DNA from: an uncultured Pseudomonadota bacterium
GTDB taxonomy: Bacteria; Myxococcota_A; Bradymonadia; Bradymonadales; GCA-2716585
NCBI GenBank assembly: GCA_937890335.1
Contig: CALBXO010000841.1
Coordinates: 200-64,199, forward strand
Reading direction: 5' to 3'
DNA length: 64,000 nucleotides
Positions within the stretch are counted from its first letter, which is position 1; each line of letters begins with the position of its first letter. Below, in pieces: positions 56,746 to 64,000 of the stretch. The notes below the pieces were generated by a model. That model did not search any database and was not told the DNA's origin. It worked only from the letters and a program-made list of their open reading frames with translations. A program made the position numbers and the translations under genes.

Positions 56746-57659
56746 TCATCACCCCAGAAGTCGTAGAAATTGAACCAGTTGTCTGGAGCCTGCCGGGCGT
56801 AGTGCTCCACCCGGCTGGCATAGCGTTGCGCGAGATCCTCGAGTGCCCGTGCCTTGGCTTTGCCTCGAGGCAGCACGATCTTGTCGGAAAACGGCTCACA
56901 GTACAGATCGTAGCGATCGCCACCACGATACAGCCCGAATGTCAGGTACACCGGGCACCCCAAAAGCGCCGCAAGGATGTAGGGCCCGGTCGGAAGTCGC
57001 GCCGGTGCGCCCATAAACTGGACCGTCGCGGTGCGCGGATTGAGGCCCACACGGTCGCCCAGGAGAGCGACGAACTCTCCGGCCTCGACCCGCTCCTTGG
57101 CCGCGAAGACCGCGTCCAGGCTGCCCGGACGGATCGCCAATACGCACGCGCCCCCCGCCGGGTCCAGCTGGCTGAGCACCTCATTGATCATCTTGGCATT
57201 GTCGACGTACGCTAGGATGTTGATCTTCATCGCCTCCTGCTCGCCCCCGATGCGCATCGCCTCAAAGCTACCCAGATGCGCTCCGAGCAGGACCGCTCCT
57301 CGTCTGGAGTCACGCAGCGCGCTCAGGTGCTCGTGGCCTGTGCGCGTCACCGTAAATCGGGCCAGCTGGCCGCGAACCAGGAACAGCCGGTCGAGCGTGA
57401 CCTGACCAAAACGTAGCAAGTGGCGATACACCGTCCCAAAGCCGACCTTGCGCCCATGGACACGTTCCAGGAAAGCCGCTGAGGACCGCCTGGCGGACCT
57501 GAAGAAGACGGCGTAGTACGCGATGACCACGGTCAGAAACACCCGCGGGACGGCGCGCCCGAATACCGTCGCCAGCAGGACGAACCAGCGCATCCCCAGC
57601 GCAGTGCCTCGCTCCCGCGCGGTGAGCCACTGGACCGAAGTGTCCCCGTTCTGTGTCAT
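56739..57659 (-). CDS. LpxL/HtrB-type acyltransferase, copy 2
   Basis: Identical to 31910..32830. Confidence 0.6.
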   Translation of the reverse strand: MTQNGDTSVQWLTARERGTALGMRWFVLLATVFGRAVPRVFLTVVIAYYAVFFRSARRSSAAFLERVHGRKVGFGTVYRHLLRFGQVTLDRLFLVRGQLARFTVTRTGHEHLSALRDSRRGAVLLGAHLGSFEAMRIGGEQEAMKINILAYVDNAKMINEVLSQLDPAGGACVLAIRPGSLDAVFAAKERVEAGEFVALLGDRVGLNPRTATVQFMGAPARLPTGPYILAALLGCPVYLTFGLYRGGDRYDLYCEPFSDKIVLPRGKAKARALEDLAQRYASRVEHYARQAPDNWFNFYDFWGDEC

Positions 57660-58405
57660 CTGCGCAGCCGTCGTATGCGGCGTCCAGTAGCCACGCGCCA
57701 CATCGCCTCGATTACCAGCCGGGTGTGCGCCCAGGAGATCAGCACATTGTCCTGAAAGGGCCGGAAGTGCGAGACGCCGCCCTGCGCCGCGCTCAGATAC
57801 CGCACCGTGACAGGCTCGTTCACGACCGCGACCCCGGCCCACACCATGCGGACGGCAACCTCGATGTCAAAGTCCATGCGGTCGCCGCTGGCCCGCGCCG
57901 CCGGAAGCGCCGTGGCCACAGGATAGACGCGGAAACCGCACATGGGGTCCGTGATGGCGAGCCCGCCCGTCTCGATCCACGTCCACACGCGTGTGATCTG
58001 ACGAGCGCAACGCCGGAGAAGTGGCGCGGAGGCGTCAAATTGTGGGGCGCCCAGAACGAGGGCGTCCGGGTCCCGGCGCGCCGCGTCTACGAAGTCGACA
58101 AGCCGCGTCAGGTCGTGCTGGTGGTCGGCGTCCACCTGCAACGCGTGGGAGAATCCGCGGGTCTCCGCCAGCGAGAGGCCGTCCTTGACCGCCGCCCCCT
58201 TTCCGCCGTTCTCGGACCTGGTATGAACCGACACGCCAGCCAGCGCGCCAATGGACTCCAGCGCAGCCCGAGCCTGCTCCGATCCCGCGTCATCCACGAC
58301 GAAGACCTCGTCGACCACAGCACGCAAGGCGCGGACGACGGCTCCAATCGTGCGGGGGTTGTTGTAGGTCGGCACGACGCCGCACACGCGGAAGTCGTCG
58401 GTCAT
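57656..58405 (-). CDS. Family-2 glycosyltransferase, copy 2
   Basis: Identical to 32827..33576. Confidence 0.8.
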   Translation of the reverse strand: MTDDFRVCGVVPTYNNPRTIGAVVRALRAVVDEVFVVDDAGSEQARAALESIGALAGVSVHTRSENGGKGAAVKDGLSLAETRGFSHALQVDADHQHDLTRLVDFVDAARRDPDALVLGAPQFDASAPLLRRCARQITRVWTWIETGGLAITDPMCGFRVYPVATALPAARASGDRMDFDIEVAVRMVWAGVAVVNEPVTVRYLSAAQGGVSHFRPFQDNVLISWAHTRLVIEAMWRVATGRRIRRLRR

Positions 58406-60030
58406 GGGAACTCCCCAAAAACAAGAGTGCCGGAACTGCAGACTTCCTCTCCCATGAGCAGCCGGAACGCCACCTGATTTGGGCGCGCGATCTCCAGGCT
58501 CAGGACCAGTCGGTCGTCCGGGCCGATGGGTCGTTTGAATTTGAGCCGGTGGACCTCGTGAAGAGGGCCAAACTCGGGCCACGCGTCACGGATCTGCCGC
58601 GCGACGATTCTTTGTAATTGCACTACGCCGGGCAGGATCGGGAAGCCCTCGAAATGTCCCCTGAAGTACAGCAGATTTGCCGGCACGTGCACGTCGTACC
58701 AGCGGCAGTCGCCCTCCGAAGGCAGGGGGGTGATCGGAATCTGTGTCGTGTCCTCAAGGTCCGCCCGCCGCACCTTGCCAAGCTCGGTACGGGGCAGTTC
58801 GTCCACGACGTGGATCCTCGGAATCACGCTGCGTTGGAGGTGCTGCCCGAGGTAGCCGCGCAAGTCCCCGAGACCATCTCGCACCACGACGAACGCGGAC
58901 AGAGACGCCGTACGCAAGGGCGAACCCGCCTCCGCAAACACGGCGGCGTCCACCACATCCGGGTGGGCTAGAAGCAGGTCCCGAACGTCGCCCACCGCGA
59001 CACGGATGCCGCCAACCTTGACCACATCGTCGAGCCTGCCCAGGTGCTCAAACCCGTTGCCGTCGGCGCGCACCTTGTCCGCACACGAGTACGGACGAGG
59101 GCAATCCGGGGGCAGAAACGGCGAGTCGATGAGCAGAGTTCCGTCGTCGTCGACGTCCCACACTACACCGGGAAGCGGCAGGAACGGCTCACGCGGCGAC
59201 GCGCGCCGGTAGGCAATCCCCCCTGTCTCCGTGGACCCGAGCACCTCGGTGACCTGCATGTGGTGACGCGAGTCCAGTTCCCGCGCCACAGTGGGCGGCA
59301 GCGGCGCGCCCGAGGAGAAAACGTGGCACCGGGGAGCAGTGAGGTCGGACAGCACGCAAAGCGCCTGTAGATGCGCTGGCACGGTGACAAGAACATCCGC
59401 CTCCTCCAGCTGTGCCGCCACCGCGTTGGGATGGAACGGCGCGACCCTGACGAACGACCCTCCCGAGCCAAGGGGAACAAGCACCGTGAACAGCAGGCCG
59501 TAGATGTGTCTAGGCGCGACGGTACCCAGGACGCGGGTGCCTGGTTGGATGCCGAACGTATCCCGGATGACCGCTGCCTCGCCCAGGAGTTGGCCAGCCG
59601 TTTTGGTCATCGGGCGGGCGTCACCGCCAGTGCCGGAGGTGTACAACACGACCAACGTCCGCTCTGGCGGGTGACTGCGAAAACTCTTGAGGGTCGGTGT
59701 GCTCAGAGCGGACGAGCGCCAGGGAGTGGTCAGGACAAGGGCGGACTCAGAGTGGGCTACGCTGCGGACGCCCTCGGGCGCGTCGGTCGGCGCCAGGACC
59801 ACGCGCCACCCCAGCTCCCACGCGGCCAGCATCTGGACCGCGAACTCATACCGGTCGCTCTCGGAGACGAGCAACGCTGCAGCCTGGCCGCTGGCGCGAA
59901 GTACCCCCGCGCACCCAGCGACGTCCGCGAGAAGCTCCGACAAAGTGGTGGTGCCCTGCGCCCCGCGCGCTACGACGCAACCGGGTCCACGAAAGCGGTC
60001 GACCGCCTGTAGCGAGCCCGCCTCAGCCAT
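58402..60030 (-). CDS. AMP-ligase fused to dehydratase, copy 2
   Basis: Identical to 33573..35201. Confidence 0.85.
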   Translation of the reverse strand: MAEAGSLQAVDRFRGPGCVVARGAQGTTTLSELLADVAGCAGVLRASGQAAALLVSESDRYEFAVQMLAAWELGWRVVLAPTDAPEGVRSVAHSESALVLTTPWRSSALSTPTLKSFRSHPPERTLVVLYTSGTGGDARPMTKTAGQLLGEAAVIRDTFGIQPGTRVLGTVAPRHIYGLLFTVLVPLGSGGSFVRVAPFHPNAVAAQLEEADVLVTVPAHLQALCVLSDLTAPRCHVFSSGAPLPPTVARELDSRHHMQVTEVLGSTETGGIAYRRASPREPFLPLPGVVWDVDDDGTLLIDSPFLPPDCPRPYSCADKVRADGNGFEHLGRLDDVVKVGGIRVAVGDVRDLLLAHPDVVDAAVFAEAGSPLRTASLSAFVVVRDGLGDLRGYLGQHLQRSVIPRIHVVDELPRTELGKVRRADLEDTTQIPITPLPSEGDCRWYDVHVPANLLYFRGHFEGFPILPGVVQLQRIVARQIRDAWPEFGPLHEVHRLKFKRPIGPDDRLVLSLEIARPNQVAFRLLMGEEVCSSGTLVFGEFP

Positions 60031-60661
60031 GCCCCTCGCCGATGATTCTGCGCAACGCGCGGTCGTGCAGGCCAGTGCCGAACTCCCGGAAGCGGACCTT
60101 CCGCACAATGTACTCCCCTGTGAACATGCACCCCATCAGAGCATAGGCGATGATCCCGGTGTACAGGGCCCACCACGAGACTGGCGCCCACAGTGCCAGG
60201 CCCGCTGCGATGGTGCCGTTGACGACGAAGAAGACGCACCACACGAGCGTGACCTTGCGGCAGTACGGCAGGTGCGCGTCGGGAAGGTCTGGGTGCTGCA
60301 GACGCGCAAAACGCTCGACCATCGACACCGGCTGGCGCAACGTGACGCCAAAGCCAACGAGCAGCGCTGCGTTGATCAGTACCGGCATGAGGAGCACGTA
60401 GACTGGGTCGTTGAGAACGACGCCGAGCACGATGAGTCCCACCACCGCCAGCGGCAGTCGCGCCACTGCCCAGAGTTCCGCCCGTCTGCGCCCCCGGGCG
60501 CGCATCACGAACGCACCGATGACGACGCCGACGAGCAGGAGGCCGCCGCCGCGCAGGCTCCAATGCGTGAGCGCAAGGTACACCAACGCCGGGTAGAGCA
60601 GGACCAGAGTCGTGTTGATAACGGCCGTTACGACCTTGAGGGTGGTGTCAGACCGGGACAT
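60023..60661 (-). CDS. Integral membrane protein, copy 2
   Basis: Identical to 35194..35832. Confidence 0.65.
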   Translation of the reverse strand: MSRSDTTLKVVTAVINTTLVLLYPALVYLALTHWSLRGGGLLLVGVVIGAFVMRARGRRRAELWAVARLPLAVVGLIVLGVVLNDPVYVLLMPVLINAALLVGFGVTLRQPVSMVERFARLQHPDLPDAHLPYCRKVTLVWCVFFVVNGTIAAGLALWAPVSWWALYTGIIAYALMGCMFTGEYIVRKVRFREFGTGLHDRALRRIIGEGHG

Positions 60662-61175
60662 CCGCCGGTTGGGTCATCAGGGACTCCACCAGGTCGACGA
60701 CATCTCGAACACGACGCACTTCCATGAGACTCTTCTCAGGAACACGCGTCCCGGTGAACTCCTGCAGCTTCACCGCCATGTCCAGCGCGTCGATGCTGTC
60801 GAGGTCGAGGTCCTCAAACAGGTGGACATCCAAGGTGATCTCTCCCGGGTCGATCTCGAACATCTCTGAAAGCGTATCCCGAATCTTCACGAAGATCTGC
60901 TCGCGCGGACCCAGAACCACAGCCTCGCGGCGCGCGTCTACGTAGGCGGCAAGTGACCGCAGTGATGTGAAAATCGCTCGGTTATCGTCGTCGCCCGCCG
61001 TGAACTCCACACCGTAGGCGCGCTTGATGACCATGGCGATCTCAAGCGCGTCGATGGAGTCCAGATCCAGCTCCTCGAAGAGGTGGCCTTCCGGGGGGTG
61101 CGAATCCAGGTCGACGTCAGGCAACAACAGAGCCTCCACGATGAGACTCAGCAGCTCTCTTTCAAATGCGTTCAT
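60648..61175 (-). CDS. Tandem di-domain ACP, copy 2
   Basis: Identical to 35819..36346. Confidence 0.85.
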   Translation of the reverse strand: MNAFERELLSLIVEALLLPDVDLDSHPPEGHLFEELDLDSIDALEIAMVIKRAYGVEFTAGDDDNRAIFTSLRSLAAYVDARREAVVLGPREQIFVKIRDTLSEMFEIDPGEITLDVHLFEDLDLDSIDALDMAVKLQEFTGTRVPEKSLMEVRRVRDVVDLVESLMTQPADVPV

Positions 61176-61186
61176 TGGACCAAAGG

Positions 61187-61966
61187 CTACGACCCATGGC
61201 TGGACTTGAGGCGTCCTTCATAGGTGCGTCGCAGACCCCGCATCAAAGCGCGATCGCCAGCCTTCTGATCCGCCAACCTGACCGGATCCATGGACTCAAT
61301 CGCGTAGTGGACAACGTTAAGCGGAAAACTATACCACCCCCTACCCTTAGTCAACACGGGTGGATCGCACCGAATGAACAGTGGCTGAAGCGGCACTCCG
61401 GCCGCCCGCGCAATGCGCATCGCACCCCTTTTGAAAGGCAATAACTCACCTGGCGAGCTGCGGGTCCCCTCGGGAAAAATCAGCACAGGACAGCCACTCA
61501 TGACACTGGCGCAGGTGCGCTCCACGACCTCGATTCCACCTGCCGCCGTGCCGTCACCGCCATCGAGGAAGCCGCAACAACGAAACAGGAGTCCCAGGAG
61601 CGGATTGTGGTATCGCTTGCCTTTGACCAGCACCGTGGCGTCCGGGTAGGCAGCGAGCAGCGCGATGACGTCCACGAGGGTCGGATGGTTGGCCACGAGG
61701 ACAAAGCAGGGCGCCGGACGGGGCGGGTCGAAGGACCGGGGGTTGTAGTCGAAAAACCCCATCCATCGCATGTAGTCGAAGAACCACCGAAACGTCGTGG
61801 ACACCCAGCGCCGGCAGCGGCGGGCGCGCACTTCTGACGGGCCAGGGCCGAGCAGCCATACGAGGGGAAGCACCGACCACCCGAGGACGCCCCCGCCGCA
61901 GTAGAACACCACGAACGCCGCCCCGACCAGACCGCTGCGGACCCAGCGATGGACTGTCTTCCACAC
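61187..61966 (-). CDS. PlsC-type acyltransferase, copy 2
   Basis: Identical to 36358..37137. Confidence 0.85.
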   Translation of the reverse strand: MWKTVHRWVRSGLVGAAFVVFYCGGGVLGWSVLPLVWLLGPGPSEVRARRCRRWVSTTFRWFFDYMRWMGFFDYNPRSFDPPRPAPCFVLVANHPTLVDVIALLAAYPDATVLVKGKRYHNPLLGLLFRCCGFLDGGDGTAAGGIEVVERTCASVMSGCPVLIFPEGTRSSPGELLPFKRGAMRIARAAGVPLQPLFIRCDPPVLTKGRGWYSFPLNVVHYAIESMDPVRLADQKAGDRALMRGLRRTYEGRLKSSHGS

Positions 61967-61975
61967 GACGCGGCA

Positions 61976-62003
61976 TTGTGGGCGAGACGGCTGCGGCCCA
62001 CAA
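61976..62003. promoter_or_regulatory. Inverted repeat TTGTGGGC-N12-GCCCACAA, copy 2
   Basis: Same element as 37147..37174 at +24,829. Confidence 0.25.
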
Positions 62004-62137
62004 GAGCGTCAGCGGAATCCACATCCTTGGAATCGGCTCGAAAGATGAACGGGCCGGCGCCAAAGGAGCCAGCCCATTGCCTGCTCGCCCAGTATCCCTT
62101 CGGTGCCGACCCCTGCCTGGGTACCCCGGTACGCCCG

Positions 62138-63850
62138 TCAGGCGTTGGGAGCGGGCCGACCGACTTCCGCTTCGGACTGGTCCACAGCCGCCGCGAGTAC
62201 GCGCAAGAGCGCCTCGTCTTCGAACGCGTCGGCCAGGACGCGCACGCGCGTCGCGAAGGGGCTGGGCTGCTCGCGTTCCAGCTGGCGACACAGCGCGGCG
62301 ATGGCGTCGAGATTGCCCACTCTGGCCAGGGTGGACATGCGCGCCAATGTGTCGCCGGACGGCAATCGCTGGGCGTGGACCTCGTCGGACACGGCGTCGG
62401 ACGCCGCACCGATGGTCGGGCCTTCATGCCCCGTTGCTGAAGCTGACCTTGTGGGCAGCGTCCCCGGCGGCGCCGCGGACAACGGCAGCGTGAAGAAGAA
62501 CGTCGAGCCCGCCCCGTACTCGCTGCGCAGCTGCAGGTCCCCGCCCATCAGATCCACAAGCCGCTGCGAGATCGCCAGCCCCAGGCCGACGCCGTCGGCC
62601 TCACGCTTGCCGGCCTCCGCTTGCTGGAAGGACTCGAAGATGGTGTCCCTCGTGGATGGCTCGACCCCGGGTCCGGTGTCCTCCACCTCAAACAGGATAC
62701 CTTCCGGGCCCTGTGAGACGAGCAGCACAACGTGTCCCGTCCCGGTGAATTTGACGGCGTTGCCCACGAGGTTGAGCAGCACCTGCCGCAGGCGTTTTCC
62801 GTCCGCCCAGACCCACTCGGGAGCGGCCGGGTCGAGTCTGAGTCCGAGTGTCAGGCCCTTGGATGACGCTCGCCGGCGCAGAAGGTTCACCACGGAATCG
62901 AGCAGGGATTTGAGGTGGACCTCCGTAGGGTCGAGTTCCAGCCTGTCCGCCTCGACCCGTGCCAGATCCAGCAGGTCATCCACGACTGCACTGAGGTGCT
63001 GGCTGCTGTCTTCAATGATCCCCAGTCCCTGCGCGGTTTCTGCATCGATGCCTGCGCGGCGCAGAAGCGCTTGCGCGTAGCCTAGAATCGCATTGAGCGG
63101 TGTGCGGATCTCGTGACTCACCGTGGCCAGAAACGCGGTCTTTGCTCTGCTCGCGGCCTCGGCCGAGGCCCGCGCCGCAACCTCCAGCGTCACCTTGCGC
63201 TCCTCCTCCAGGGAGTGCGCCAGCACCTTGTGCCCAAACTCGGCGACAAAGCCCACCATGACGCCGATCGCCACCATCATCAGGCCGCGGGCGACGACCG
63301 AATGCCAGGTCCCCAGGTGCTGGATCAACCAACCATGGTCCCCGATCGCTGCGAAGGAGGGCTGTGCGAGGTAGAACACCAACAGCTGCTGCGCCCCCGC
63401 CCAGACGCCCATCACCATGGGCAGCCGCCGCTCCAGCGTGATGCCGCTGAGCACAGTCGCGAGAATCCAGAGCAGCGCCGGCGGTCCCACGAGGATCGAG
63501 GCCGCCCCCCACGGGAAGACGGCCTGCGTCCCCAGCGCCAGCACGGTGGGCCACGTCGAGAAGAAGAAGACGTAGCCGTACATCAGGCGCCGGTTCAGAC
63601 GCCCCTGGCGCGCCAGGTACCACATGGAAGCTGTAACGGGGACCATCAGCGACATGGCCGCGGGCTCCCTCGCCCACGGATTGACGCCGTCACCGTCGGC
63701 TCCGACAAACCATGCGGCCAGGACGAGGAGCTGCATTGCCAGGCCCAGCATGGCAACGCGGTGCATGGTCCAGTTGAGGCGACGGTACACCAGCTCGTCG
63801 AGCGTCCGAGTTCCGGACGCGGGGGCCCGTGACGGCGTCAACGCGCCCAT
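62138..63850 (-). CDS. Membrane sensor histidine kinase (about 6 TM - HisKA - HATPase_c - C-terminal extension), intact parental gene
   Basis: 570 aa. Hydrophobic N-terminal 230 aa. H-box FLATVSHEIRTPLNAILGY, N-box LLNLVGNAVKF, DTGPGV, GVGLGLAISQRLV. Its codons 87-570 lie inside the duplicated tract. Confidence 0.9.
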   Translation of the reverse strand: MGALTPSRAPASGTRTLDELVYRRLNWTMHRVAMLGLAMQLLVLAAWFVGADGDGVNPWAREPAAMSLMVPVTASMWYLARQGRLNRRLMYGYVFFFSTWPTVLALGTQAVFPWGAASILVGPPALLWILATVLSGITLERRLPMVMGVWAGAQQLLVFYLAQPSFAAIGDHGWLIQHLGTWHSVVARGLMMVAIGVMVGFVAEFGHKVLAHSLEEERKVTLEVAARASAEAASRAKTAFLATVSHEIRTPLNAILGYAQALLRRAGIDAETAQGLGIIEDSSQHLSAVVDDLLDLARVEADRLELDPTEVHLKSLLDSVVNLLRRRASSKGLTLGLRLDPAAPEWVWADGKRLRQVLLNLVGNAVKFTGTGHVVLLVSQGPEGILFEVEDTGPGVEPSTRDTIFESFQQAEAGKREADGVGLGLAISQRLVDLMGGDLQLRSEYGAGSTFFFTLPLSAAPPGTLPTRSASATGHEGPTIGAASDAVSDEVHAQRLPSGDTLARMSTLARVGNLDAIAALCRQLEREQPSPFATRVRVLADAFEDEALLRVLAAAVDQSEAEVGRPAPNA

Positions 63851-64000
63851 GGCCGCCTCCGGTCAAGCGAACGAGGGCAGCTGCGGGCCGAGACTGGGCA
63901 CACTGTGGCGCGTGGGTTTGGTGTCATCGTGCGAACTCACTCTGGACGTCGCCCAAAGGTACCGACAGCGCACGGGTCTGGTCTTTCGTCCGCGTGACGA

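Larger units (their letters stand above)
38763..63591. repeat. Tandem duplication unit 2 (24,829 bp)
   Basis: Identical to unit 1. Identity ends after GGT at 63592-63594 (38766 g versus 63595 t). Confidence 0.95.

Noticed and set aside
13934-63594. Repeat explained as overlapping ends of a circular replicon, or as tandem integration of a plasmid, ICE or prophage
   Set aside because: Unique sequence flanks both sides within the window. The breakpoints lie inside two ordinary chromosomal genes (recD and a histidine kinase). No integrase, att-like repeat, transposase or replication gene is present in the unit.
1-64000. Search for rRNA, tRNA, CRISPR arrays, IS elements and toxin-antitoxin or defence-system genes
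   Set aside because: I could recognise no short-period direct repeat arrays, no cloverleaf-like conserved tRNA blocks and no transposase, integrase or nuclease-helicase defence signatures. The only long repeat is the 24.8-kb duplication.

Overview
High-GC bacterial chromosomal window. The gene content (a eukaryote-like Ser/Thr kinase fused to a STAND ATPase and TPR, giant Cys-rich lipoproteins) resembles myxobacteria or related Deltaproteobacteria, but the taxon is inference only. The dominant feature is a perfect head-to-tail tandem duplication of 24,829 bp (unit 1 = 13934-38762, unit 2 = 38763-63591). The two units are joined at 3 bp of microhomology (GGT) and have unique DNA on both sides. 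Each unit carries recB, recC and a complete 17-gene aryl-polyene/flexirubin/xanthomonadin-type (APE-like) lipid-pigment cluster. The cluster encodes PlsC-like and LpxL-like acyltransferases, a di-domain ACP, an AMP-ligase fused to a dehydratase, a GT2, an aromatic ammonia-lyase and a thioesterase. It also encodes a LolA-like carrier, an MMPL exporter, a small lipoprotein, a flavin halogenase, a KS/CLF pair, DH, KR and a second KS. The duplication breakpoints lie inside recD (codon 47) and inside a membrane histidine kinase (codon 87). The junction therefore creates an in-frame recD'-'kinase chimera (37309-38904) that is translationally coupled to the second recC-recB copy. The unique left flank (1-13933) encodes eight further genes and an intact recD. 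These are a partial PAE/Notum-family esterase, a candidate 31-aa lipoprotein-like sORF, a REC-HisKA-HATPase-REC hybrid kinase and a Cys-rich lipoprotein. The others are a lipoprotein glycerophosphodiester phosphodiesterase, an STK-AAA-TPR regulator, a 1056-aa Cys-rich modular lipoprotein and a weak OMP-like ORF. The intact histidine kinase closes the right end (62138-63850). I could recognise no rRNA, tRNA, CRISPR array, transposase or integrase. The many long antisense ORFs in the track are high-GC artefacts.
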